Shown here piece after piece: positions 11,727 through 21,444 of a stretch of DNA of 42,957 nucleotides. The translations under genes were made by a program, and so were the position numbers. The notes below the pieces were generated by a model. The model did not search any database. It was not told where the DNA came from and saw only the letters and a program-made list of their open reading frames with translations. This DNA comes from Thraustochytrium aureum (Eukaryota), in contig BLSG01000120.1 of the NCBI GenBank assembly GCA_012862495.1, positions 1-42,957 on the forward strand. Direction: 5' to 3'. The first letter of the stretch is position 1. Every line of letters starts with the position of its first letter.

Positions 11727-11807
11727 AGGATCAGATAGGAGCGAAAGACTAAAATCGGTCTAAGCGTCATCACATTGGATCTGCTCTTTGGACAATCATC
11801 ACATCCC
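11727..11807 (-). ncRNA. Intronic box C/D snoRNA, predicted guide for LSU rRNA 2'-O-methylation (yeast Gm908-equivalent site; snR60/SNORD80-like)
   Basis: On the minus strand: box C GTGATGA (11802-11796), D' CAGA (11783-11780), C' TGATGA (11772-11767), box D CTGA (11734-11731), and a terminal stem GGGA/TCCT. The 18 nt before box D are antisense to the conserved LSU sequence AUAGGGGCGAAAGACUAA with one G-U pair. Same strand as the host TrpRS intron. Confidence 0.88.
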
Positions 11808-11926
11808 ACACGCCCCCGACATCGCCACTACAGCAAGCGCGCCGGCGCAAGCGCCAAACCAGCCCAGCCAGCACAGCCAGCCGCCCGCGCCGCGTCCGGC
11901 GCGCGCGCTCCGCCCCAAAAACTCAC

Positions 11927-12180
11927 AGGTCCAGCACCTCCTTCAAGTCCCTGTGCGAGAAGAAGATCCCCTTCCGCAGCCAATGATGCGCCCTCTTCCC
12001 CGTGATCCTCTCCATGCGCTCAATCAGCGCATCCGAGATCTTCTCCGACCCGAACTGTTCAATCAGTTTGTCATAGTCCACGCCGCCTTCGGCCTCCACC
12101 TCCCACGGGGTGACGACCTGGCCGCCGGCCGCAGCCGCGTCCTGCTCCTGCTGCTGCAGCTGCTGCTGCTGCTCCGCCAT
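11927..12180 (-). CDS. WARS1: Cytosolic tryptophanyl-tRNA synthetase, exon 1 (remainder not in the visible sequence)
   Basis: MAEQQQ...[28 protein letters not shown]...[23 protein letters not shown] is the eukaryotic TrpRS N-terminus. The apparent TGA stop is part of a GTGAGT splice donor at 11926-11921. Confidence 0.93.
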
Positions 12181-12354
12181 CTCGAACGCGGCCAGCTCTC
12201 CGCAGGCAGGCCCTCTCGCACTCCACCAGCGCCGCCAATGCGGGTCTGCCGCGCCTCGCCTGCGCGCCCGTCGCCTGCTCCTCCACCTCCTCCGCGTCCA
12301 TTGAATCCGCCACCGCACACATCCGCCCAAGGAGGGACACAGCGGAGGGCCCCA

Positions 12355-12765
12355 GTCACCCTGGGTTCATTTGTGACGTTGCAGGGGAGCTTGGCGCGTC
12401 ACGGGGGTGATGTTGGGGACGTGAGGTCACGGCGGAACGGATACAGAACGTTCTGTGAGTCACTCGAGGGGCGTCTGTGACGTGACAAGGGACGCACATG
12501 TGACCAGGCGAAAAGACGGCGAGCGGTGCGCGTGACGAGGTGTGACAAGTGACGTGGAGCACGGTGTACCTACGTGTCAAAGGGTGACGTGACTGCGGGT
12601 GGCTGCTGACGCGCGCGAGTGGCGCTCTGAGGGAGAGTGACGCAGGCGGACGTTTGCGTGACGAAACGTGTGTCTGGCCGCGTGACGTAACCTGCGCAAG
12701 GGTGACGTGACCACACCACACCTGAAGTCGAGCGGCGACTGACGTGACGCGGAGAGTCCTGTGAC
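12355..12765. promoter_or_regulatory. Divergent promoter (TrpRS / ferredoxin) with a dense GTGAC(G) motif array
   Basis: Hand count of 20 GTGAC/GTCAC pentamers in ~410 nt, many as TGACGT or GTGACGTGAC, plus TGAGTCA at 12456-12462. Lies between head-to-head genes. Confidence 0.65.
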
Positions 12766-12972
12766 GCGTGATTTAGACCGCTTTTGAGAAACGCGGTGTG
12801 CGAAGCCGTGCCCCTTGAGCTCCGAACCGAGGCTGCGGCGGAGGCGACGAGCGAGCAGAGCGACGAGGAGGCGAAGCGGGCATCGCGAGGGTTGTTTGGG
12901 GACCTGGAAGGGGACCTGTAGCGGCGGGGATCACGCTTGGCTGGCCAGAGCTGGCTCGGTGCGACGGCAGCG

Positions 12973-13502
12973 ATGAATTGGGCAGGGCTGCGTCAGGTCG
13001 TGGTGCTTCGCGACGCAGCGAGGCTCGCACTCGGCCGGAATGGCCGGAGCGGCGGCTTGGCCCGCGGCATGCTGGGGTGATCCCAGCGCCTTTGCAGATG
13101 GCGCAAGCGCGGTGGCACGGGGATGATCACGTCGACCCGAACGCCAAGTCGGTGAACATCAAGTTTGTGAAAAAGGACGGCACCGAGAAGGTCGTCGAAG
13201 CCAAGGTAGGCCAGAACCTTCTTCGCCTTGCACAGAAGAACGACGTCGAGCTCGAAGGGGCGTGCGAATGCTCGATTGCGTGCTCCACCTGCCACGTTAT
13301 CCTCGAGGGCGATGTCTTTGACGCGCTCCCCGAGCCCTCGGAAGACGAGGAGGACATGCTTGATATGGCGTTCGGGCTCACGGAGACGTCGCGCTTGGGT
13401 TGCCAGGTTCTCGTGGACGAATTCATGGAGGGCACGCGCGTGACATTGCCCAAGGCGACGCGGAACTTTTACGTGGATGGCCACGTACCGCAGCCACACT
13501 GA
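12973..13502 (+). CDS. Mitochondrial [2Fe-2S] ferredoxin (adrenodoxin/FDX2/Yah1 type)
   Basis: LEGACECSIACSTCHVIL, EEDMLDMAFGLTETSRLGCQ and LPKATRNFYVDGHVPQPH. A transit-peptide-like frame from ATG 12973 joins the domain frame if one G is added to the GGGG run at 13074-13077; otherwise the start is ATG 13098. Confidence 0.93.
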
Positions 13503-14638
13503 GGCCAATTACTGGAAGAAGTACAAAGCGAGCTTGGTATCGTGCGTGTCTAGCACTGCGCAAACAGTCCTCCGCAGCGCTCCGTAGCTCTAGCTAGAGA
13601 GCTCGTCCCTTCTTGCTAAGAGTACCTAGCGGCTGGGCGCTGGGAAGGCCTGTCAACGCAGCTATCCTGCCGCCCTCAACTGCCCGCGAGCCGGAAAGGA
13701 GCCGAAAGAAGACAATGAAGCGCTACGATGCGCCGAGCTTGTCAGCACTCATGACCACTCGAGCCACAGAGCCGGGAAAAGCGTCCTTGCGAGTCTCATC
13801 GGCTGCCTCGGTGTTGAATACGGCGGTTCATAGCATAGGTATCGAAGAGACTTTCGCGTCCCTTGACCGATCCGCTTTCCAATTGAGCAACCGTTTGCGG
13901 TGCACATGTCCGAGGCACGCCTAGCCTGCGATCCTGAGGCTCGCCGGCCGGGCCGTCGCCCTTCTTTCTGTGGATAGGTAGATTCCCTTTTCATTCGTTC
14001 ACAACCTCAGCCTTGTTGGGAGCAGTGCCACCTGAACTGAAAAATGCCGTGTGCATCAACTGCTCGTGGACTTGAGAGGCGACCGCGGCGAGGCTGCGTC
14101 CTTAGCCTGCCACATCAGCTTGCCCTTGGAGGCCGAACAAGCGTTTCGGCGCGCCGCGGAAGAAAAAATAGGCGCGGAATGCCTTTGCGAGTCCCCTGGG
14201 CAGAGTTGAAACCTATTTGTATTGAGGTTTTGCGCGTAGGTCCTAAATTTGAACGGACACTTGGCCACGCACGCTTGGAAGTGCGGCCTTGACGCAGAAG
14301 AGACACCGCCAAGGCCGGTTGAGAAGCAAGGCACACGCACGTTGAAGCCTGCAGGCAGAGCTCTCGCAAATAGCAGAGGAGCAAGCAAGCGCGCACGAGA
14401 CTAGACTAGACGGCGGCCCTGGACAACCCGAGAGCACCAAACCGCTTCGGGTCAAGTCCTCGCCAGCCTTGGCAGGTTGCCCCCAGCGCTGCTGACAGCT
14501 CCCAGCCAGGCCTTGGCGGCAAGCAACCAAGAGCGCAGTCGACGCGACGACACAGCGCTGCGCGCTTCGGTTGAGCAAAGCGCACGGCTTCGCGAGTGGC
14601 AGTCGCTGCGAGCAGCGAAGGAAGGGGCGCAACGCACG

Positions 14639-17600
14639 ATGGCGAGCGCCACACGCGGCCTCGCGTCATCAAGAGCAGCGAAGCGAGGCGCGCGCCAGCA
14701 CCATGAGTCGTACTTTGTTGGCTCAAAAGTCTGGGCGAGCGTCCCCGACGAGGCGCGCGTGTTCGAGCTCGCCGAGGTCATGCACATCGGCGCCAACGAC
14801 CAGGTAACCGTGGAGACCGAGTCCGGGGCGCAGTTCACCGTTAGCCCGAACGACATCAAGGTGACACACGAAGACGGAGGCAAAGCCGTGGAGGACCTGC
14901 TCGACCTCAGCGACTACAGCGAAGAGAGCCTGCTGCACTCGCTGCGCGCGAGGTACTGCCAGGACGAGTTCTACAGCCTCGTCGGCCCGATCCTCATTTC
15001 GATCAACCCGTACAAGTGGTGCGACATCTACTCGGACGAAATGATGGGTTTGTACAGAGGCAAGCGCAGCAACCAGGTCAAGCCCCACGTCTTCCTCGTT
15101 GCCGAGAGTGCGTACCGCGCCGTCGTCGAGGACACCGACCGCGCCAGCCAAGCCATCATTATCAGCGGCGAGTCAGGGGCTGGCAAAACAGAAGCCACGA
15201 AGATTATCATGCGCTACCTGTCGACGGCGGGAAGGCAGCAGCATCGCAAGCTCAAGGAAGCTGCCGGGGAGCCCCTGTCGCCGGGGTCCCCGAGCGCGGC
15301 CAAGCGAGAGCAAAAGCCCTCGCAACGCGGCCTTGAGCAGCGCGTCCTCGACTCGAACCCGCTGCTCGAGGCCTTTGGCAACGCCAAGACCATCAGAAAC
15401 GACAACTCGTCTCGCTTCGGCAAGTTTATCGAGATCCAGATCGAGCACTCTGGACTGATCAGCGGCGCCAAGGTAATCAACTACCTCCTGGAAAAGTCTC
15501 GGATCATCCGCCAGGCAGAAGGCGAGCGCAACTACCACGTCTTTTACCAACTCCTTCGCGGCGCGGACCAAGGCCTCCTCGAGCAGGTTGGCCTTGCAGG
15601 ACTCATGGAGCACGATTTCGAGTACGTCCGAGTGGGGTCCTGCCTGCCGCTCTTTGACGAGAACGACGTCCAGAACTTTCAGCACACCGTGGAGTGCCTC
15701 GAGTCCATTGGCGTTTCGAGTCAGGAGCAGCTCGACCTGTTCAAGTCGCTCGCCGGGGTCTTGCTCATCGGCAATATCGAATTCGACGAAATGGAGGCCA
15801 TCGAGGGCTGCGTGGCACAGGAGGAGTTTGTCGGCAGGGCTGCCTCGGTGCTCGGGCTCCCGCGCGAGCAGCTCACTGACGCGCTCTGCGCGCACGTAGT
15901 CCAGGTCGGCAACGAGTCGATCCGAAAGCCCATCCTCCCCGCTGTGGCTCGCGACAAACGCGACGCGCTGGCCAAAGCCCTCTACGCGCTGCTCTTCCGC
16001 TGGCTCGTCTTGCGCATCAACGCGAGCTTGGCTGGCCACGCGTCCACCGAGGAGCCCGTCGCGCAATCGCGCCGCTCGGGCCTTGCGCCTGCAAAGCCGC
16101 AGCAGCAGTCTAGCGGCGGCGGCGCGTCGGGCAGGTTTATTGGCATCCTCGACATCTACGGCTTTGAGGTCTTCGAGGACAACTCGTTCGAGCAGTTTTG
16201 CATCAACTTCGCCAACGAAAAGCTCCAGCGCCACTTCAACAAGTACATCTTCGAGGTGGAGCAAGTGGAGTACGAAAAGGAAGGGATCGACTGGTCGCGA
16301 ATCGAGTTTCACGACAACCAGCCGTGCCTCGACCTCATCGACACCTCTCGCACCTCCGTTCTCTGCCTCCTTGACGAGGAGTGCATCATGCCCAAGGGCT
16401 CTGATGCGAGCTTCCTGCGCAAACTGCACAGCAACCACAAGGAGAAGCACGCTCACTACGTGACGAGCCGCTTCGGCGGGGAGACGGTCTTCGGCGTCAA
16501 GCACTATGCTGGCGTCGTCGAGTACAACGTCGAGGGCTTCATCTCCAAAAACAACGACTCGCTCAGCGACGAGCTCTGCGGGCTCATGCAGCGTACGAGC
16601 AACGAGTGGATCAAGGCCCTGTTCCCGCCGGCCCTCGCCGCTGCGCCGCGCACCCGAAAGCGCGCGAGCTCGCTGCGCGCTCCGACCGTGTCGCAGCAGT
16701 TCCGCAAGCAGCTCGACAGCCTGACGCAGAAGCTGGAGAGCTGCAAGCCCAACTTTGTGCGCTGCATAAAGCCCAACGAGCTCAAGACCCCCGGAAGCTT
16801 CAACACACTAAAGTGCCTGAACCAGCTCCGCTATGCCGGCATGATGGAGACGGTTCGCATCCGTGACGCGGGCTACGCCCTTCGGGAGAGGCACGACAGC
16901 TTTTTCCGCCGGTTTAAGATTCTCGCTCCAGACGCCAAGGACTGCTCCACCCTCGTCAAGCAGATCGCGGTCCAGTTCGACCTCGAAGACTCTGCGCTGT
17001 GGCAAATTGGCCACTCCAAGGTTTTCCTCAAGCGCGACCTCTCCGAGCTCCTTGACAGGTGTGCCGGGGTGCGCCTCACGGCGGCCTCGCGGACAATTGC
17101 AAGGGCAGTCAAGGAGACCATCCTGCGCAAAAAGCGAGGAGCCGTCCGCGTCATCGAGGCGTTTTACGAGCGCGTCAAGTTTGTGCTCGTTCTAAGGCGC
17201 GTGCTTCAGATCCAGTGCGTTATCAGGATGCGGCTGGCGCGACTCCGCACGCGGCGCCGCAAGGCCGAGCTCGACGCGCTTCCAGATGAAGCAAAGCCGG
17301 AGCTTTGTCCAAACGCCTACGACGTTTCGGCGGCGCGCGCAGCCGCGTCAGCCGCCCAGGCCCGCAGCAACGAAGCTGCGGCATTGGCAGCGGCAGAAAA
17401 GAGAAAGGCAAAAGCGCGTGCAAAGGCAAGCCTCCCCAAGTCGCCCCGCAGCGCTTCTCCCGGCAGCGACAAGGAAGCCGCCCAAACGGCTGCCCCGTTG
17501 CACACGCCCATCGTTCCGCAGGTGGACCAGGCGGAGCTCCTCCTGGCCCGCAGTGAACTAGAAGCCGTCAAGATGCAGCTCGAGGACGCCCGCAGGCGCG

Positions 17601-18784
17601 AAGCAGAGCTTCTTGCTGCAGTTGCAGACGGCAAGACGGCCGCTTCAGCTTTGCAGTCCAAGCTGGAAGAGGTTTCGGCCCGCGAGATGTCGTCGCGGAT
17701 CGAGATAGCCGCCATGCGCAGCAAGCTCGAGGAGGTCTCGACGCAGCAATCCGTCGCCGTCTCGCGTCTCAACGACTGCAAGAGCTTCATCCACGCCATC
17801 TGGAACGACGGCAACTCAGGCGAAGACGCCGACGAGGCCTCAACAGAGCCAGCGACGCTCAAACTCGCAACAGACTCGCTCTTCGCGACGGTCAAAGCGA
17901 GTATGCGCGTGGCAGAGGCGCGCATTAAAGCTGCGGCGGAAAAGGCTGCCCAGCAGGCAGTCGAGTCGGAGCGCGCGGCGGCCGCACAGCTTGCGCTGCA
18001 GGCGAGCATGAGCTCTGCGCCAGACAACTCGCACCTCCTTGCCGCCGCTTCCGCTGCCGCGGCGTCAGCCGCGTCGTCAGATGAGCTCAAGCGCCTTTTG
18101 GTTGAGCAGAGCGAACTCATGCGCCGGTCAATCGAGAACCAGCGAATCGCGAGCGACCAGGAGGCCCTCCGCCGCGAAGAGGAGCTTCGCCTCCAGATCA
18201 ACGAGCGCAACCAGGAAGTCGCGCGACTCGAGGAGGCTCTGGGGCAGACGCAAAACGACTACGACGAGATCTTCAGAGCTCTTGAGGACGCCAAGTATGG
18301 AAACGAGGAGGAGCGCGCCCAACGCGCACAGCTAGAGGCAGAGCTCCGCGGCGCTCGCGCGAACCTGGCCAAAACCAAAGCTGCTCTGGACGAGGCGCTC
18401 CAAGCAAACCGCCTCCTTGAGCAGGAGATCACCCAGGCCTCGAGCTCGCTCGATGTCAGCGTGTCCAAGCTCATGCGCGAGAACGTTGCGCTCTTGGAGG
18501 AGGTCGTCGACACGCGCACCAAGCACCAGGCGATCACTCGAAGGTCTCAGAAGCTCGAGTCGCGGGCGCGGCAGGCAGAGGCCGCCAACGAGACGCTGGT
18601 GACGCTTCTCAGCTGGCGTGACAACCAGCTTGCCGCCCTTCTCGGTGACGACCGCGTGCTAACCAAGGGCGCGCAGAAGACCGACACGGCTAAACTGGAG
18701 AACCAGCTTCGCGAGCTTCGGCCCTACTTTGAGCAAATCACCAGCTCGACAGAGTCCAAGCTGGACGACTTTGAACAGCAGTGA
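14639..18784 (+). CDS. Unconventional myosin heavy chain: N-terminal SH3-like, motor, IQ-like neck, coiled-coil tail
   Basis: P-loop [12 protein letters not shown], switch I EAFGNAKTIRNDNSSRFGKF, switch II LDIYGFE, NSFEQFCINFANEKLQ, FVRCIKPN, an IQ-like IQCVIRMRLAR, and an Ala/Glu-rich heptad tail. Single exon. Confidence 0.95.
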   Translation: MASATRGLASSRAAKRGARQHHESYFVGSKVWASVPDEARVFELAEVMHIGANDQVTVETESGAQFTVSPNDIKVTHEDGGKAVEDLLDLSDYSEESLLHSLRARYCQDEFYSLVGPILISINPYKWCDIYSDEMMGLYRGKRSNQVKPHVFLVAESAYRAVVEDTDRASQAIIISGESGAGKTEATKIIMRYLSTAGRQQHRKLKEAAGEPLSPGSPSAAKREQKPSQRGLEQRVLDSNPLLEAFGNAKTIRNDNSSRFGKFIEIQIEHSGLISGAKVINYLLEKSRIIRQAEGERNYHVFYQLLRGADQGLLEQVGLAGLMEHDFEYVRVGSCLPLFDENDVQNFQHTVECLESIGVSSQEQLDLFKSLAGVLLIGNIEFDEMEAIEGCVAQEEFVGRAASVLGLPREQLTDALCAHVVQVGNESIRKPILPAVARDKRDALAKALYALLFRWLVLRINASLAGHASTEEPVAQSRRSGLAPAKPQQQSSGGGASGRFIGILDIYGFEVFEDNSFEQFCINFANEKLQRHFNKYIFEVEQVEYEKEGIDWSRIEFHDNQPCLDLIDTSRTSVLCLLDEECIMPKGSDASFLRKLHSNHKEKHAHYVTSRFGGETVFGVKHYAGVVEYNVEGFISKNNDSLSDELCGLMQRTSNEWIKALFPPALAAAPRTRKRASSLRAPTVSQQFRKQLDSLTQKLESCKPNFVRCIKPNELKTPGSFNTLKCLNQLRYAGMMETVRIRDAGYALRERHDSFFRRFKILAPDAKDCSTLVKQIAVQFDLEDSALWQIGHSKVFLKRDLSELLDRCAGVRLTAASRTIARAVKETILRKKRGAVRVIEAFYERVKFVLVLRRVLQIQCVIRMRLARLRTRRRKAELDALPDEAKPELCPNAYDVSAARAAASAAQARSNEAAALAAAEKRKAKARAKASLPKSPRSASPGSDKEAAQTAAPLHTPIVPQVDQAELLLARSELEAVKMQLEDARRREAELLAAVADGKTAASALQSKLEEVSAREMSSRIEIAAMRSKLEEVSTQQSVAVSRLNDCKSFIHAIWNDGNSGEDADEASTEPATLKLATDSLFATVKASMRVAEARIKAAAEKAAQQAVESERAAAAQLALQASMSSAPDNSHLLAAASAAAASAASSDELKRLLVEQSELMRRSIENQRIASDQEALRREEELRLQINERNQEVARLEEALGQTQNDYDEIFRALEDAKYGNEEERAQRAQLEAELRGARANLAKTKAALDEALQANRLLEQEITQASSSLDVSVSKLMRENVALLEEVVDTRTKHQAITRRSQKLESRARQAEAANETLVTLLSWRDNQLAALLGDDRVLTKGAQKTDTAKLENQLRELRPYFEQITSSTESKLDDFEQQ

Positions 18785-19767
18785 AGGTGCAGCTGCCTCA
18801 GCGGCTTCACGCGCTTGTTTCGCGGTCATGAGCAGCACGCTTCGCCTGTTGAGGATCTCAAAAAAGCATGAATTGAATATTTCTGAATTGAATATTTCGC
18901 AGTGCCTCGCCGAGGCAGCTCCTGCGACCCGCCGCTCCAGGTGTAAAAAGTTGTCCGCGACTTGTGATCATGCAACGGCGCTCGTTGCCGCCGAGCGCCG
19001 CATCTCTCGGCACATCCTTTGTGGGAACTCTTCGGTCTCGCCGGTTCATGAAGAACGACCCAGTAAGGTTCGACAGTGCCTTCGAAAAACCTTTCGAGTG
19101 TAAAGCCGCTGCGGCCGTTTTCTGAGCGCTCTTGGCTGTACAGCAGTGCCTTTTCAGCGTCGAAGCAGGGCGCCACAAACTTACCCCCCTAGCTTTTGAG
19201 CCCCTTGGTTCATAGCACATGAAAAAAAGAGCTATGCTGACAGTCTCCGGCTGTCGACCACGCCTGCGTCCTCTCCGCAGTGCAGCAGCGCAAAGCGAGC
19301 AGTCCTTTTTTTGTGCCAGCCTCCTCTACGTTCTGTGCAAAATCATCCCGCAAAAAGAAGCGCAGCGTGAAGGACAGCTCACTCAGCTTCTGACACGGAG
19401 TCGACAGTGCCAAAACCCTCAAAGCCCCAGAGCTGAGACGCCAGCGCGGAGCCTTGCCCTCTGGGAAAGGGTGCCCTGTCTTCGTTGTGTCTTCGTGCCG
19501 CCGAGTCCAGACAGGTCCGTGTCCGACGACCTCAACGCACCTACCGGCTCTCTGACTACACAGCGTGGTGCTGCCGAAGCCTGCGCATGAACGGATAGCT
19601 TTCTCACTGCCGACCTCTCGCGCGAAAGGAGGTACAGCGTGGCTGTGTTGAGAGCGACGCCGAGCGATTCTCAGAGGGAGGAAAACTGCGTCAGACTCCT
19701 TGCAAGTCCGATTCGCTCGCGCGCCACGGGCAGAGTTGCCCGCGGCGGCAGCGGAGCTGGTGCTGCA

Positions 19768-21444
19768 ATGGCTGCGGCGTGCGGGGACGGAGCGTGCTTT
19801 GGGCACGGGACGTGCTTAGATGGCGGGGCGTGTGAGTGCACGGCTGATCCACCAGGGCAGGTGGTGTACATGGCATGGGATTCATGCCAGATGTCTTTCG
19901 ACGAGCACGTTCACACGCTGGAGCCATTGTTGATTGCCGTCATCGTGATGGTTGTCAACGTGGGTATTGTTTCTAGTTTCTGGGAACGAATGAAGGCGAC
20001 GTGGAGAGGGCAAGTGTCAGAATCGAGGACGCGGAAACTCAACTTGTACGCGCTCGTATGCTTTTCCTGCTTTATTCGCCTCCTTTCCCTCGCGTTCGAC
20101 CTGCAGGGATTCTTTCACAACACCTCTGAATCTGCTCGATTCGTGATGTGGCTGCTGCCCTGGTTTGTTGACGTCGTGTGCGCGGTGCAAATGTGTTCCA
20201 TGTTTCTCAAAATCTGCTCCGTTGCAGCTAACCCTTTTGCACCGGCCTTCCGAACGTCGAGGTTTTCAACGCAAGTTTCTTCCGCGCTCCTCATGCCTGG
20301 CGCGATGCTTATGATTAGCTACCTTGTGTTGCGGCGGTTCGAGATACTCGTTGCAGTTTTCATAATCGTTGGCCTCGTGACAGCGTCGTGCACCGTGGCT
20401 ATTTCGCTGCTCGGCCGAAGGTCGATTGCAGTGCTCGTTCTTCAGGGCCTCTCAAAGCAGCAGCAGCGGTCGGCATACCAAAGGTTGCGGCGAGACAGCG
20501 ATTTGAGAAGAGCTTCAAAGTCTACCCTGATTGAAACTTCCACGCTTCCCCCGATTTTCCAGGATCGTGTGGACGAAAGCACAATAGCAAGTAAAGATGG
20601 TGGAAGCCTCTCAACAGCAGCAAGCAAGCGATCCGCGGGCTTGCCCGCTGAAACGGAAGAACCGATTAGCGTCTCGCTGGCGCAACGCTACTCAGCGCAG
20701 CGGAGGAATACGCCAACGAGCCTCTCCGTGAGCAATGATTTCCTTCAGCAAAAAAGCTCGTCGGGGCTCGTTGCTCAAGGACTGTCTCAGTTAAGTGCGC
20801 TACACAGAGGTAGCAAGACGAAAAGCAAAGGCACTGCCGGTGAAAGCGACGCGGATCCAACTCTGCCAGCTCTGCAGCGGGGTCCAAGCGCTGATTCCTT
20901 CCTTCAGCAAGCAGATTCTCGCGGTGAGATTGGGGCATCATATGAAGCTAGCAAGGTATCAGGGAGCCGCCCAATGAGTACTGTCCTTCAGAGCGACGGC
21001 GGATCTCCAAGCGAAGTTGAAGGCGGGAGGCCAATGTCTCTGACTCGAAGAGATTCTTCCTGGAGCACAGCCCAGTTTATTGCCCGACGAGCTTCCAAAT
21101 CAGGGCTTTTGGACCCAGCGACGTCTGCGACAATCCGCGGAATGCGGTTGTATTCAAAATGGTTCCCCGTCACAATATGCTGTGCGGCGTGCGTTGTGCT
21201 GGTCAAGCTCGTGATTTACTTCCCGGGTATCACGCCAAATCTTCCGCCGTCTGCGCGAGTCCGAAGCGTATTGTATATCGACTGCTTCGCACTGCACCTC
21301 CTGGAAGCGACCACCCACTACATAACGCTTTCTAGCATTGGCCGCCGGACGACGAAGGCAAAGGCACACGCCCGGAGCGTCGCCCCAGCCCTGCCGCAAT
21401 CGATCGGGAGCCCTCGAACGCAGGCCGCACCTGTCGGTCCATGA
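19768..21444 (+). CDS. EGF-like domain + 7-transmembrane receptor-like protein
   Basis: N-terminal CGDGACFGHGTCLDGGACEC...C (EGF-like), five hydrophobic segments, a ~230-aa Ser-rich loop, then two more hydrophobic segments. Confidence 0.65.
   Translation: MAAACGDGACFGHGTCLDGGACECTADPPGQVVYMAWDSCQMSFDEHVHTLEPLLIAVIVMVVNVGIVSSFWERMKATWRGQVSESRTRKLNLYALVCFSCFIRLLSLAFDLQGFFHNTSESARFVMWLLPWFVDVVCAVQMCSMFLKICSVAANPFAPAFRTSRFSTQVSSALLMPGAMLMISYLVLRRFEILVAVFIIVGLVTASCTVAISLLGRRSIAVLVLQGLSKQQQRSAYQRLRRDSDLRRASKSTLIETSTLPPIFQDRVDESTIASKDGGSLSTAASKRSAGLPAETEEPISVSLAQRYSAQRRNTPTSLSVSNDFLQQKSSSGLVAQGLSQLSALHRGSKTKSKGTAGESDADPTLPALQRGPSADSFLQQADSRGEIGASYEASKVSGSRPMSTVLQSDGGSPSEVEGGRPMSLTRRDSSWSTAQFIARRASKSGLLDPATSATIRGMRLYSKWFPVTICCAACVVLVKLVIYFPGITPNLPPSARVRSVLYIDCFALHLLEATTHYITLSSIGRRTTKAKAHARSVAPALPQSIGSPRTQAAPVGP

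Noticed and set aside
11923..11925. TrpRS ending at a TGA stop as a mini-protein
   Set aside because: The TGA lies within a canonical GTGAGT donor, just before the expected continuation into the catalytic domain.
13069..13100. In-frame TGA in the ferredoxin presequence as Sec/readthrough or a micro-intron
   Set aside because: Neither readthrough nor removal of the 10- or 21-nt GT-AG candidates restores the frame. One extra G in the G-run does.
13503..14638. Short ORFs in the intergenic stretches 13503-14638, 18785-19767 and 127-1089
   Set aside because: No motifs or coding-like codon bias; treated as UTR or promoter sequence.
18869..18898. 15-nt direct duplication TGAATTGAATATTTC (a similar one at 21805-21834)
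   Set aside because: Only two adjacent copies with no intervening element; most simply replication slippage.
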